In this document: positions 14,883-28,544 of the stretch, piece after piece
Layout: each line of letters starts with the position of its first letter
Position numbering within the stretch: the stretch's first letter is position 1
From: Octopus sinensis
Lineage: Eukaryota
DNA length: 64,000 bases
NCBI RefSeq assembly: GCF_006345805.1
Contig: NC_043003.1
Span: 37,944,001-38,008,000, forward strand
Reading direction: 5' to 3'
The notes under the pieces: model-generated
Database searches by the model: none
The model's input: the letters and a program-made list of their open reading frames with translations, nothing else
Told to the model about the DNA's origin: nothing
Program-made: the position numbers and the translations under genes

Positions 14883-15294
14883 TCATTACAGGACCTTTAA
14901 TACTGATAGAAGGGAAGATGGAAGCATCCCAAAGCTGGAGACCTGGCCCAAGTACTCGCAACACAGTGGCAGCAAATAAAGGGACCAAAGATTCCAGATG
15001 ATGGTGTTAAATTGGGCAACAGATTAATTCTACAACCTTGACAGGATCTGAACACAGAATACAAAGAGCCAGAACAAATACTACCAAACATCTGGTCTGA
15101 CAGTTCTTATAGTTCCACCAACCCACCACACTGGATTGATACTTTTTTATCAACCCTAAAAGTACAAAAGCCAAAGCTGACCCCAGTGGGATTTGAACTC
15201 GGAGCATAGAGATTCGAAACAAATACCACCTCGAGACATTTTATCTGACACTCTAATGATTCTGCCAATTTGCTGCCTGATAATGTAGTTATGA

Positions 15295-15615
15295 GAAGGA
15301 ACATGACTCAGTGATTACAGCATTGGGCTCACAATCATGAGGTAGTGAGTTCAACTCCAAGATCAGGCTGTGTGTTGTGTTCTTGAGCAAGACACTTTAT
15401 TTCATGCTGCTCCAGTTCACTCAGCTGTAGAAATGAGTTGCAATGTCACTGGTGCCAAGCTGTATTGGCCTTAGATAACATCAGTGGTATGGAGAAGGGA
15501 GACTGGTATGCATGGGTGACTGTTGGTCTTCCATAAACAACCTTGCCCGGACTTGTGCTTTGGAGAGTAACTTTCTAGGTGCAATCCCATGGTCATTCAT
15601 GACTGAAGGGGGTCC
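15295..15615 (+). mobile_element. tRNA-derived SINE (family C variant)
   Basis: Full-length reverse-complement match to 16238-16570 and 22042-22371. Confidence 0.85.
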
Positions 15616-16237
15616 CTCTTTTTGTATTTTTAATGTAGTCATAGATGTACTATTCCTGAATAAAATGTGGGATGGTCGTGGATAGAATGATTTTACTTAT
15701 AGGGTTGCATAATCAGGACTCCCCTAAGGCTAAACAATAATGACAACAACAGCAGTATAAGAATACATATTTAAGACAATCCCAAGTACAGTTCTAACTA
15801 AACTCTCTACAACTATACACAACTTTATGTAATTATATGCAACACTAATACAACTAAAGGTGTAGGCATGGTTATGTGGTTAAGAAGCTCAATTTGCAAC
15901 CATGTGGTTTTGGTTTCAGTCCCACAGCACAGCACTTTGGGCAAGTGTCTTCTACAATTGTCCTGGCTGACCAGTGAATTTGGTAGACAAGAACTGTGTG
16001 GAAGCCTACCATATACATGTGTGTGCATGTGTGTGTGTATGCATGTTTGCCCCCTCCCCACCACCACTTGACAACCAGTGTTGATTTGTTTACATCCCAG
16101 TGACTTAGCTGACTGACAAAAGAGATCAATAAAATAAGTACCGGATTTTGAAAAAATAAGTACTGCAGTTGATTTGTTCAACTAAGCTCTTCAAAGAAGT
16201 GCCCCCAGCATGGTCACACTCCTATGACTAAAGTAAA

Positions 16238-16570
16238 GACCTCCTTCAGTCATGAATAACCATGGGATTGCACCTAGAAAATTCCTTTCCAAGGCACAAG
16301 TCCAGGTAAGGTTGTTTATGGAAGACCAGTAGTTGCCCATGCATACCAGCCTCCTCTCTCCACGCCATCAATGTTATTCAAGGAAAAGCAAAGGCTGATA
16401 CAGCTTGGCACCAGTGATGTCGCAACTCATTTCTACAGCTGAGGGAACTGGAACAACATGAAACAAAGTATCTTGCTCAAGAACACAACACACTGCCTGG
16501 TCTGAGAACCGAACTCACTACCTCACAATTGTGAGCCCAATGTTCTAACCATTGAGCCATGGGCCTTCAC
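16238..16570 (-). mobile_element. tRNA-derived SINE (family C variant), inverted relative to 15295-15615
   Basis: CTTCAGTCATGAATAACCATGGGATTGCACCTAGAAA is the reverse complement of the end of the 15295 copy. Confidence 0.85.
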
Positions 16571-17128
16571 TATTGATATACTATGTTTGAATAAAAGACA
16601 GGATAGTTATGGCTGGAACACCTTTGTACATAAACCTATTGGATAAGGGGTGAGTTGGAGTCTTAATAAGTCCCCAAAACACACACACAAGGTTATAGTC
16701 AAATTTCAACATTAATGTATCAGCACTAACACATGGATATTGATAGCTGTCAACACAATACCTAATTAGATATTGATAGCTTTCACACAACACCTAATTA
16801 ATCTAGAAGCAAAAACAAAAGAGAGAGAGAGAGAAAACCTGATTCAGCAAGAAAGGATCTGCATGGTTGAACAACCTGCAGGACATAGCAGACAAACTTC
16901 CCTAATAACTCACTCACTACTAAAAACAGAAGTGGGGTGGAGAAGACATGTTAGATAATACAGTCAGTCAGTTCTGATAGTCTAAGAAATCTTCCATCAG
17001 ATTCTGGATGTCATCCAAGTACACTATGTCTCAAGAGAAAGAACTACAAAGACAGAGTGCCTTTGATTATATTGACCTGCTTGATCAAAATGAGGCCTAG
17101 GGTTAAACAGCAACAACCCACAATAATA

Positions 17129-17331
17129 TACCATATTTGATGGTATATAAGACACTTATTTTCTCTCCAAAAATGTCTAAAAGAAAAACCATCCTGGGTC
17201 CTATATATGATTTGGGGCCTCCCATAAGCTTTAATGTACTAAAATCTTTTTTTTTTTCTTACATATATTGCTGCTGAAACTGAGGTATGTCTAATATATT
17301 TGTGTGTTTTTTTATGCTATTAAATATAGTA
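17129..17331. mobile_element. pogo/Tigger-like MITE
   Basis: Termini TACCATATTT ... AAATATAGTA, with internal TATAAGAC/GTC..ATA subterminal motifs. Confidence 0.45.
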
Positions 17332-18373
17332 GATAATACAGAGATAAACACCAGACATGCTTGAGCCAACATTGGTCTCTACAGGCTTCTTCAAGTTCCT
17401 AGAAACAGCATCCAAATCTCATTCAAATCACACTCCCACTATCTTAGGAAATTCCCTGTACATAGGAAAATAATAGGCAGTCATGGTTGGAATGCCTTTC
17501 ATAATAGTACTGTTCAGCCAGAGCTGACCTGGGGGTTAAACAACAATAGATATAAACTTATTAGGACATATAATACTCAGGTAAACAGGAAGACATACAA
17601 ACACAACAAAGAAAGTAAAAAAAATAAATCTCTTATTCTAGGATCATACATAATACAAACGTAGAAATATTTGTTGTACACATAAGTGTCTGGAAATCCA
17701 TCGTGTGTGTGTGTGTGTGTTTGTGTGTATGTGTGTGTGTAGATGTCCCCCACCACCACTTGAGATCCAGTGTTGGTTTGTTTACATCCTCATAACCTTA
17801 GGAGTTCAGCAAAAGAAACTGTCAAAATAAGTACAAGACTTTAAAAAATAAATACTGAAGATGATTTCTTCACCTAAACCCTTCAAGGTGATGCTCCAGC
17901 AGGGCTGAAACATGTAAATGGTCAAAGATAAAAATATTGGGGGGGGGGGTAAATATGTTCAGAAAGATAATGACAGAAATATGAAAATATATAATTAACT
18001 TGCTACTACTGGATAAAACATTTAACCAGTTAAACTATTAAAAAAAAATTAAAAAGAAATTTTTTTTAAATCCCAGCTAAACTGACAAATCACACACAAA
18101 AAATATGGTCCTAGAATGTTCCTTACATCCATTTCAATGGAAGAATTGAAAGAATATGTCTAACTAAACCTGCAGAATTTCTTTGTTTTGCCCAGCTAGC
18201 CTTGAGAAGAAAGAACACTTCATTGGCATGGCTTCTTCAGTGATATATTTTCTCAAAAACTCTTGTCAAGCAAGAAATAGCACCAGAATGCTTGTGTTTT
18301 GTAATCTTCATAATACAGAGAAATATTTGCACTGAGATATAATTGATACTTGAGACCAGATGAATTCTTAGAA

Positions 18374-18420
18374 AGTGTGTGTGTGTGTGTGTGAATGAGT
18401 GAGTGAGATACGCACGCACG

Positions 18421-18504
<84 letters not shown>
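18374..18504. repeat. (GT)n followed by long (CA)n microsatellite
   Basis: Directly visible. It explains the MCVCVCV pseudo-ORFs. Confidence 0.95.
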
Positions 18505-18507
<3 letters not shown>

Positions 18508-19039
18508 AGGAAGAGATATCGTTCTTAGCAGAATTATCTAGACTAAACCATCTATAATTATGTTGCTTTATTTTCAAAGCAGAAATTTATCTTGAAATAC
18601 ATTGCTATGTGTGTATTGTTCCTACGGTTTAGCTTTCCATGGTAAAGATAATCAAATGAATTTAAAAACAAACATTTATTTATTTATTTATCTTGTCATT
18701 TTTTTTATTTCTTTATCAGAACATTTACATAACTTCAGAGGTAACAAGAGGAGAAACTTTGATGCATTAAACACAGTCCATCAGAAGGGTTTACATAATT
18801 TCCCTCTATCAAGTTTCACAAACAAGGCTTGGGTTGTCTTGAAGCTATAATAGAGGACACTTGCCCAAGGTGTCATGTAGCGGGATTGAACTGAAAACCA
18901 CTGTTCAGTTGTAAAACGAAAGTTTTGCTTACACAACTATTCCAGTCCACCATCGTTTTAATGCCTACTTTTCCATCTATGCATGGGTCGGATGGAATTT
19001 AGTGAAGCAAATTTTCTATGATTGGCTGTCGTGAAAGAG

Positions 19040-19345
19040 AAGGTTCAGAAAGATTTACTGCAGGAGTGTGCATAAGGTACAAGAGAGTAAACTCGATGCA
19101 GTTAACAGATTTAAAGTTATTAACAACCTAGCATCACCTACAGAGACATACAGCTTATATAAGCAACTGGGAACTGAACAACAATAAGAGACAAGACACC
19201 AAAACAAGAAAGATGCTGACCATAGAGAAAATACACCATTCAAAATCAAGTATTAACAAGCTGTACCTATCAAGAGCTTTTGAAGGATAAGGTCCAGTTC
19301 AACTCTAATTAACCTTCAGGATTACAACTATTGGGCAGAAAATCG
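19040..19345 (+). pseudogene. Degenerate R4/Dong-like non-LTR retrotransposon fragment (post-RT region)
   Basis: Reads QDTKTRKMLTIEKIHHSKSSINKLYLSRAFEG*GPVQL*LTFRITTIG, matching the D.KTRK.LT...HHPK..V.RLY..R..GGRGL pattern of R4-clade LINEs. Contains in-frame stops. Confidence 0.7.
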
Positions 19346-22300
19346 TAAACCATAAGGTCTACTCCATCACAAAAGAAGTTGTGTAATTCTTTAGAGTTTG
19401 CAGTCCCTGAAACTCCACCACCACTCTATAGTAGTCAGCTAGAAAGTCATGGCTTTGAAGTCAGTACATTGACCTCAATGCCACTAAAGTCTCTATCGTA
19501 GCAAATAGACAAGGAATGTATTAAACAATTAATGAAAGCATTCAATCAATGTATTCATTTACTACATCGATCTTAGTGTAGAGCTGTTGTTTAAACCCAG
19601 GACAGTCCTGAAGATTGAGGTCAGACTCTATGACTGAAGACATCCCAGCCTTGACAATCCAGTCTTTTTATACAGACACAGTGTATCTACAATTACATTA
19701 TACAATGTCACTTTTTCAAAACAGATGTAATTAGAAGATTTGATTGTTATTTCTAGCAGGGTGAGTGATGATACATAGTCCCACATTGGTGTGTAATCCC
19801 TTTATGGTTCAGTAATTATAGGGTGGAATTCTATGACATTATGACTCAATAGTGGAGGCAATTAGTTTAGTGGTTAGGATGTTGGACTCATGATCGTAAG
19901 ATTGTGGTTTCAATTCCTGGACCAGACAATGCATTGTGTTTTTGAGCGAAATACTTCATTTCTCATTGCTCCAGTGCACACAGCTGGTAAAATGAGTAAT
20001 CCTGTGACAGACTGGTGTTACATCCAGGGAGTAATATATACACCAGAGAAACTGGGAAACCAGCCCCTATGCTTCTTACAGAGTAATGTGGACTAATCCA
20101 TGAATCAATGAAGCAGAGGATTTGAGTTCAAAGTCTACAAGTACTGAGTTGTGTTTCTAATCTTCATGTATGTCTTAGGGAAGCTGACTACAAAAAAAAA
20201 AAAAAAATCCACAGCCATCACTCACATGTACATGTGACTTGGTAGCAAGTACCTTCATCATCATCAAAATTTAACATCTGTTTTCCAAGCTGGTACGGGT
20301 TGGACAGCTTGACAGGAATTGGCAAGGCCAGGGACCGAACTAGGTTACATAGACTGTTTTGACCTTGTTTCTATAGTCAGATGTCCTTCCTAAAACCAAC
20401 CATTTTACAGTGTGTACTGGGTGGTTTTTACATGGCACCACCACCCATATGTTTTAGGTGCCTATGTAGCTGTGAGTAGACATAACAACCCCTGTGGCTC
20501 TCTCACCATTATTTCAGCACAACATCTAGAATGTGACACCTGGTAGGAGAGAGGGCTGCACCAGTGCTGATATAGTATTTATTTCCAGCTGAGTAGACAG
20601 AGCAATGTGAAATACAATGCCTTGCCTAAGGACACAACATGCTGCCTAATCCAGGAAATGAACTCACAATCACATAATCGTGAGTTTAATATTTTAACCA
20701 GTAGGCAACAAACCTTACACATAATACCATGTTTACATCTCTCTCGGTTGGTTGGCATTCAGAAAGTTATGTAATTGAGAACTTAACAAGAAACTGTTGT
20801 TAATTAGCGAGCTGGCAGAAACGTTAGCATGCTGGGCAAAATGCTTAGTGGTATTTCATCTGCCGCTATGTTCTGAGTTCAAATTCCGCTGAGGTTGACT
20901 TTGCCTTTCATCCTTTCGGGGTCGATTGAATAAGTACCAGTTACGCACTGGGGTCGATATAATCGACTTAATCTGTTTGTCTGTCCTTGTTTGTCCCCTC
21001 TATGTTTAGCTCCTTGTGGGCAATAAAGAAATAAGAAACTGTTGTTAATTAGATTATTATTTTATTTTCTGCACTATCAAGCACATGTTTAGAAATGAAG
21101 AAAAAGAAAAACAAAAGCGTTTTCATTTCTAAAGATGAGGTTAATAATTTTTTTAAAAATTGTAAAGGTGCAGGCTAAGCTATGATGTTACCAAATTCAC
21201 TTTGTGACCACATGGTTTCAGATTTGCCTCCATTCTTCACATCTTGGACAAGTGTTTTCTACTGAAGCCAAACTATATCTGTTCTGATAATTGGCTATGA
21301 CTTGGTCAGTGAATCCTCTCTGATGGCTGACAATTGACAGCAAGATCATCTGCTATGGATCATACTAAAGCGTGTATGCATGCAACTGGGGACCACATAC
21401 AAACTTGTATTCCCACTGAAACTCTAAACATGATTTCTACACGTCAACAGCAAATGATGACTACGACTATGGAATCTGCGCTATCCAATACACTTGCTTT
21501 CTCAGCGGAGCACTCATCAATTTTGCATGCTGTGGTTGACCATTAAATGTGTGGTCAGCATTTGTGAGGAAGATGGTAAACTTGTTGATTGGAACCAGCT
21601 CAACCCACCCCAGGTGAATGCCACTGCAAGTACAAGTAAGTACTGAAGCTTTGAGTTGTGAGAGAAATCCTATAAACAGAAACCGTATGGAAGCCCAAAG
21701 TCCATTATATATATTATATTTTGGTTGAGTCTATCTCTTTGCTACTCTGAGTTTCATATGTGAGTGCACAGTGTCTTTCTTCAGTCAAGCTGTCACCCGT
21801 AACCTATGAGCTGTAACTTGCCCTAACACCCTGTGCACCCAAATGCAAATCTCAGAGTAGCAAGAGACTGACTTAACCAAAATAAAATATATTAACTTCT
21901 AATATGGTATTGAGTACTCATTTTCCAAACAGTCAGCATTAAATGGATGTGTGTGTGAGTGTGTGCCTAAGTGACAAAAACAATAACTAGCCTGTTGATA
22001 AATAGAGATTCATAAAATAAGTAAAAGAGTAAAGGGTAAAGAGCCCCTTCGGTCATGAAAGACCATGGGACTATACCTAGAAAGTTACCCTCTGAGGCAC
22101 AAGTCTGGGAAAGGTTGCTTATGGAAGACCAGCAGTCGCCCATGTATACCAGTTTCCTCTCTCCATACCACTGATGTTCTCCAAGGGAAAGACAAAAACT
22201 GATAGTTTGGCACTAGTGACGTCAGAATTCATATCTACAGCTGAGTGAACTAGAGCAATGTGAAATAAAGTGTCTTGCTCAAGAACACAACACAACAACC

Positions 22301-22894
22301 CAATCCAGGAATGAAACTAACTACCTAATTATTGTGAGCCCAACACTCTAACCACTAAGCCATGCGCCTTCAAGAGAACAAGACTGAAATAACAAATGAG
22401 GTTGATATAAACAACTAAAACCCTCAAAGGTAGTATTCCAGCATGGCCATAGTTCAGTGGCTGAAACCAGTAAACAAATAACTATGTAATTATAGTTAAA
22501 AGAAAAATATTTGAAATATTTACACAGACATCCATATTTTGAAAATTAGAAATAAGTGACAGAAGATAAAAAGGTAAAAAAAACAAAAATAAATAAATAA
22601 AGTACAAATGAAACAACAAATACTTTGTTCTAAGACAATGACAACAAACTACAATAATCACATAAGTTAATTAGAACTCTTTGAATAATCTCTCACATCT
22701 CTATCATCATCACCATTTAAATATTTATGCTTTTCCATGTTTGCATGGGTCAGTCAGAATTCATTCAGGCAAATTTCTATTGTCCAGATGCCCTTATTGT
22801 CACCAACCCTCACGTGTTTCCATGCAAGGTAATTTTTCCTCATGGTCACCAGTACTTTCACAGAAGAATGGTATCAAGAGACTCCAGATCTATA

Positions 22895-23317
22895 ACTCTT
22901 ACTCTCTTTTACTCTTTTACTTGTTTCAGTCATTTGACTGCGGCCATGCTGGAGCACTGCCTTTTAGTCGAGACAATCGAACCCAGGACTTATTCTTTGT
23001 AAGCCTAGTACTTATTCTATCGGTCTCTTTTGCCGAACCGCTAAGTTACGGGGACGTAAACACACCAGCATCGGTTGTCAAGCGATGTTGGGGGGACAAA
23101 CACAGACAAACACATACACGCACATATATATATACACATATATATACATATATACGACGGGCTTCTTTCAGTTTCCATCTACCAAATCCACTCACAAGGC
23201 TTTGGTCAGCCCGAGGCTATAGTAGAAGACACTCGCCCAAGGTGCCACGCAGTGGGACTGAACCCGGAACCATGTGGTTGGTAAGCAAGATACTTACCAC
23301 ACAGCCACTCCTGCGCC
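22895..23317 (-). mobile_element. Young full-length tRNA-derived SINE, family A
   Basis: Head GGCGCAGGAGTGGCTGTGTGGTAAG, B-box-like GGGTTCAGTCCC, internal (TA/TG)n and (GAGTAAAA)n tail, with CpGs retained. Other copies lie at about 1370, 3110, 8232, 15858, 33748, 43579 and 58842. Confidence 0.9.
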
Positions 23318-23396
23318 TAACAGTAATGTTTGTTTACAACTATTGCCCACTGTTAAGAAAAAAAGACAGAAACACTCACCCATGCATGCATGCATG

Positions 23397-23427
<31 letters not shown>

Positions 23428-26400
23428 GAAGGACTTCCTTCAGTTTCCATTCACCAGGTCCACCAACAAGGCTTTGGTTGACCTGAGTCCAACCAAAGAT
23501 ATATGCCCAAGGTGCAAATCACAGGGACTGTATCCAAAACCGTGTGATTGAGAAAGAACGTCTTAACCACACAGCCATGTCTGTGCCTGTACCATATCTG
23601 ACATATAGGTAAACATCATGTATCTCTTGTGTGTGTGTGTGTGTGTGTTTCCCATATATGTCTATGTGTGTAAAAGAAAACTAACAAAGCAATCTATCAT
23701 ATTTTTCAGACCTAGTGTATCCCAGTCTACACTATTTTATCGTTTTCAGGCTGACCGTTTTCTTTAAGATGGCAGTGTTGTTTGAAGGAAATTTGAGTAT
23801 TATTTCTAACAGGTAAAATGACAGCATGGAGGCTCCTTCAGTAACGTATACAGAATTATGTTATGTGGGACCAAACTTGAAATCATGTGTTCAGAATTTT
23901 GTTTTCCCAACAAATGAATAGGTAAGATGTGGTAGGGTAGAATGTAGAACAAGAGGAAACTGGTGATAGTCTATGTCAGCAATAACCAGTTTATAGGAGG
24001 GAGTTCAGTAAGTTCAATTGCTGTGATAAGTGAAGGATCTGATGTTATAGGCTCTTGACCTTCATCTGAGACAAAGAAAGGGAGAGAAGGAATTGAAGGA
24101 ATTATTTGTAAAGCAAAGTGGAAGAGCTGTGAGAGAGAAGTGTAAGGGAGGGTTAGCAGTAAGCAAAGGAGGAGGAACCCAGAGAATGTAGAAGGAGCCA
24201 ATATCTCAGGGTAAACAGATGAAAGAGAAGAATGGGAAAATGAGTGGAAGACACAAAAATATGAATAAAAAATTGGACTAGAAATATCAAGTTTGTTGAT
24301 TTTAATTCAATAACAATCTATTTTTATGTTGTAATTAAACAAGAGCATTGATGGCTACAGGTTGTTCACTGCACTTATGACAGTAACTGTGGCAGGTATC
24401 AGTAACTCAGTGCAGAACAAATATTGCAAAGGACTTCATTCAATGAGCATCATTTGTTTTACTTTTTTTGCTGATATTTACATCCTCTCTGAAAGATAAA
24501 CATACTTGTACACACACACACATAGTTCTTTTTTTTAATTCTTTTTATTTGAATGGAAGGGGCAGTGCCTATGACCCTTTACAGGACCCATGAAACTGGT
24601 AGGAGGAAGAGAGGAAGATATTCTAAAACTGAGGACCCAGCCTGAATGCTTCTAACAGAATGGATCCTATTAAAAGCACTCAAAAGTTTCAGGTGATTGT
24701 GGTGCGAAACCAAGTGATGGATTAAAAGTTTTTAGCTTTTTTACTCGAATCAAGACTCATATGTCTACAATAAACCTCATGGCTGCATTAGCCACTCTGA
24801 TGTGCATGTGTGTATGTATATGAGAGAGAGGGAGAGAGAAAGAGAGTAAAAGATCCACTTTTGTGTAGTTTCATGTATTGAATTTTGAAGTTATAGTAGA
24901 AGACTCTTTTCCAAGGCACCATACAGAGTGATTGGACCGAAAACCATGTGGTTTTGAAGCTAACATCTTAATGATACAGCCATGTCTATATCCATGGTGG
25001 TCAGCTAGTTATTTGATCCACAAAAAATGAAAGGCAAATCAACTCTGGGAGGATTTCAATATAAATATTGCATAGCAGTGTTCCATGCGCACGTGCAAGC
25101 ATGTGTGTGGTACTGTTTTGTTAAGCATAATCTATAATTGATAAGCTGGCATTTAAGAGTGCATACCTAGTCAAGATTCATTTTGGTTGTTCTTGTTTAT
25201 TTCCAAAACAGCTTTGATTTAACAAATGTTTGCTTAAAGCTATTTCAGCTCCAATCATCTTGTCTTTTATTGTATATCAAGGATTACATTGTCCAATACG
25301 CCCTTTCCTTATTCAAGATGGTTAGGTGTAATTCGAGAAAGGTTTGGCTGCTATTTCTAGATGGGTAAGTGAATACATAGAAGTATCTTACTGATTCTTT
25401 CATTACTCATTTATGTCTGTTTTTCCATACTGGCATGGGTTAGACATACTTATTTGAGGCAATATTTTACAGCCTAGAGGCTTTGCTCTTACCTGTTTTT
25501 CAGGTAAGGGATTTTTATTATTTCACTTAGCTTTGAAAGCACAGAGCTACAGGATGCACTGTTTACAGGAGATGTAAACATGTCATAATTATTTCCTCAA
25601 ATGGTCACATGGGAAGCAGAAATTCACAAACACACACATATATGCATATAACATAGCTAGGAAGCAAACTTACGACCACATGGTTGGTTCCATAGTGCCT
25701 CACCTTGGGCAAGTGTTTTCTACTCTAGTTTGGGCCAACCCAAACCATGTTACTGGATTTGGTAGGCAGAAGCTGAAAGGAGCCTGTTAAGCTGTCTTGT
25801 GTGAGTGTTTGTCATGCACATGCAAATGTCAGCATGTATATTTGTGTTTCTTTGTTTTGATAGTATGTAATAGTTGTAAATAAGTGTCACTGTCATACAA
25901 GAGGTATCGTTCTTTTGTAATCTGCCATGAAAACATGTCTGGCCATGGAGAAATATTGCTTTGCTTGGAAACAGGTGTGCATTAACAACATGAAGAGCAT
26001 CCAACTGCAGAGATTCTGTTTCAGTGAATACTGTTCAATCCATGCAAATATAGTAAAGTGGATGTTAAAATGATAATGATGATATACATAAAACAGGCTT
26101 CCATACAGTTTCTTTCTACCTATTTTAGTCGCAAGGCATTGGTGGACCCAAGACACCTGCCCAAGTGTCAGACTGAACTCAAAACAATATGATTATGATG
26201 TGAACTCTTTACCATACAGTTATACCAACATCCATTCATATACTGGTTTTAATTTCTAGCACAAAGCCAGCAATTTCGAGAGAAGAAGAGTTTAGTTGAT
26301 TACACTGACCCCCAGTGCTGAACTGGTACTTATTTTATCAACCCCAAAAGGATGAAAGTCGACTGTGGCAAAATTTGAACTCAGAACATAAAGACGGACA

Positions 26401-27270
26401 AAATGCCACTTAGCATTTGGCCCAGTGAGCTAATGTTTCTGCCAGCTCACTGTCCTTACCCATTCATATATCAATTATAGTCATACTCCAGTATGTTGTC
26501 TATAAAGTGGATGAGACAGAAACATTTAAAAGTCATTGTCAGAGACATAAAAAATGGTCAAACTCCAATTTTTGGCTAGGAACTGATTTAGTATATCATA
26601 TCTTCTGATATGTTGAGTACAAAGACAAACACATAACCTCAGATTACATCCTACTGAGACATCTACTAGCATTCTCTTGCACAAGAAAATGAATTATTTA
26701 ATTTTTGAACAGTTCTGTTTTCATGCTCCAGTAATCTTATATATTTCCATATAGATTCATTCATCACTATTTCAACAAGTATAGTGAAGGATATGGTTTT
26801 CTATTGAGGTTAGGACAAACAAGTTCAGAAATACCTTCCAATACTGATAAAATAAAAATAATATTGGTTTCAAATTTTGGCACAATTTTGGGGTGGGGTA
26901 AGTCAATTACATCAATTGGTACTTATTTTATTGACCACAAAAGGGTGAATGACAAAGTTGATCTCAGTGGAATTTGAACTCAGAACGTAAAGATGGATGA
27001 AATGTTGCTAACTATTGAATATTAACTGATGGCAACAGCTATTTTCCATCTCTTTGATACCACACAATTGGCTAGGAATTGATTTAGTATTTAGTATATC
27101 ACATCATCTGATATATTGTGTATAAGCACATACAAATAACCTCAAATAACATTCCACTGAGACATCAACTTACATTCTCTTGTCTAGAAAACTAATGAAT
27201 TATTTAATTTTTGGACAGTTCTATTTTCATACACTAATAATCTGGTATATTAAATTAAAATGCTGAAAGA

Positions 27271-27925
27271 TCATCATCATCATCGTTTAACGGCCGTTTT
27301 CCATGCTAGCATGGGTTGGACGGTTCAACTGGGGTCTGGGAAGCCCGAAGGCTGCACCAGGCCAGTCAGATCTGGCAGTGTTTCTACAGTTGGATGCCCT
27401 TCCTAACGCCAACCACTCCGTGAGTGTAGTGGGTGCTTTTTATGTGCCACCGACACAGGTGTCAGACGAGGCTGGCGAACGGCCACGCTCGGATGGTGTT
27501 TTTTTATGCGCCACGGACACAGGTGCCAGACAAGGCTGGCACGGCCACGATCGGATGGTGTTTGTTACGTGCCACCAGCACGGAGGCCAGTCGATGCGGT
27601 ACTGGCTACGGCCACATTCGGATGGTTTTCTTATGTGCCACCGGCACTGGTACCACAAAACTACAAATTCCATTGATGTTCATCGATTTTGATTTGATTT
27701 GATTTTCACTTGCCTCAACAGGTCTTCACAAGTAGAGTTATGTGTCCCAAGAAGAAAGGTATGCACAGGTGGACTGACTACGTCCCAGGCAGGGGCCATA
27801 GGTTATGGCCTCACGTGTCCTGCCGGGTCTTCTCGCGCACAGCATACTTCCAAAGGTCTCGGTCTCTGGTCATTTCCTCGGTGAGACCTAAAGCGCGAAG
27901 GTCGTTCTTCACCACCTCGTCCCAG
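27271..27925 (-). mobile_element. 5'-truncated RTE LINE 3' end with tandem 3'UTR repeats
   Basis: Reverse-complement match to about 46920-47679, including the WDEVVKNDLRALGLTEEMTRDRDLW coding end and the (GAT)n tail. Confidence 0.9.
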
Positions 27926-28544
27926 ATACAACAAATAATTGGGTGATGATTTTAATCTGTGATGATTTTTCATGGCAACCCAACATAATGAAACTCCATT
28001 ACAAAGACTAAAATTCTTTTTTAGAGCTAGAAAATACTAATCAATTTCTGTTCTCTCTACAAACCTTAAGACCCACAACAGACTATTGCTTCCACATCTG
28101 GGCATGATATTTCTGCTACATATACAGGGATCCTAAACTACATCTAAAAGAAGGCCATCTGATTGATTGACAGAAACTCATTCATCAATATGCTATAACA
28201 TAGGTGAAGGACTTGCAGCCTTCCAAAAGAAGTACATCATTTGAGAGAAAATCATTATTCCAGAGCATATTTTTGTTAATTTAATTATATTCTGAAGTCA
28301 ATCTTTTCAATGAAATTATAAATTTTAGAAACACCAATTTATATTTCTTTATGCATGCTTGTAATTACTGAAGGTAATTACAATTGTTTGAAATGTAGGA
28401 ATCTGAAGAAATTCTTAGAAACAAAATGTTACAGAGGGCTTAGTCTGAAACTCAAACCTTTTCTACATTCTGTTACAGATTGAGTCAAGTGACCTATTGA
28501 GTCAAGATGACCTATTGAGTCAAGTTTGACCTATTGAGTCAAGT

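Noticed and set aside
22681-23481. 266-aa ORF (and similar ORFs at 58742-59284, 43612-44145, 27303-27702, 47078-47627)
   Set aside because: These are chance frames through SINEs or RTE 3'UTRs.
24560-24645. Possible ATG4 exon 2 (AG|GC TGG GTC CTC..., GWVLSFRISSS)
   Set aside because: It has the right phase and a G-W start, but no polypyrimidine tract, no KT.F/SP..LLG similarity, and it overlaps repeat-like sequence.
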